From the NCBI GenBank assembly GCA_965649825.1, contig OZ287696.1:1097101-1161100 (forward strand): a stretch of 64,000 nucleotides of DNA. Reading direction: 5' to 3'. The notes under the pieces were generated by a model. That model was not told the origin of the DNA, did no database searches, and saw only the letters and a list, made by a program, of their open reading frames with translations. Below, piece by piece: positions 62,624-64,000 of the stretch; within the stretch, counting starts at the first letter, position 1, and every line of letters begins with the position of its first letter. The stretch comes from Penicillus capitatus (taxonomy: Eukaryota > Plantae > Chlorophyta). The translations under genes and the position numbers were made by a program.

Positions 62624-63170
62624 AGGAGGAGAGGTCAAGAGTCAACGTCAACGTCTTCTCTCTCGAACAATTATAGGACAGAAGTTTTCAGCGAACAGCA
62701 GCGGCAGTATTCAAAACCGCCACTGTGACGGTCTTCGTGTCAGCGTAGATGTGCGGGATGGTGAGAATTCTTGATAGCTATCAAGAGGACGATAAGGTCA
62801 CGAGAGACGTCTTATCGACTTCACCTACTGGCAACAACGACAGGGACAACGAATGCCATCCTATCCATCACGGCGATGCCAGATGGCGCATTGCGCGGCG
62901 TGCTAAGTGAAAAGACGGATGTGACAGGACAGTCAACAGGGGCCCTGCTCTATCTGATCATACGGTTGGAATGGACGGCCTAGGACGGCGCAGATTGTGG
63001 GGCCATGTGCCTCAAATGTGTCAGGACTGACGCGATTGTGGCTTTTTAAGCGGAGGGAGTCCCAGCTCCTCAGCATTCGCCGCCTTTTGCTTTTATCGTG
63101 TCGAGACGGGTTCCAAAATGTCGTATCTCAATGGTCTTCCAGACGGGTCGGTCGAGACCCAACTCAAGGT

Positions 63171-64000
<830 letters not shown>

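Overview
Gene-dense nuclear DNA of a green alga (chlorophyte): it has starch synthase III with CBM53 modules, SBP2 selenoprotein machinery, the standard genetic code, and many short introns of about 45-60 nt. About 27 genes are recognisable or at least assignable to a family: MED16, rho-like GST, SS3, 5-FCL, SVOP/OCT7-like MFS, TPR protein, UAP1, PSMG2, homoserine dehydrogenase, ALG3, small C2H2 protein, organellar ValRS, Deg protease, SBP2, snurportin-1, LIG4, TFIIE-alpha, alpha/beta-hydrolase-like protein, adrenodoxin-type ferredoxin, J-protein, COX16, NrtS-like protein, ABC1 kinase, LAMMER kinase and partial NADP-GDH, plus a 4-TM and an acidic protein. The one anomalous region is ~7.9-12.25 kb. 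It is a mosaic of decayed, intron-containing, co-oriented fragments of unrelated genes (Aurora-like kinase, COG4, TFIIIC B-block subunit), next to three palindromic hairpin units and two related tandem-repeat arrays. Other highlights are a spliced eukaryotic gene with a bacterial NrtS-like domain, a snurportin-1/SBP2 pair only 58 nt apart, and head-to-head gene pairs with ATGs as close as 46 nt. Family calls rest on motif recall rather than database searches. Exon boundaries and several start codons are manual estimates.
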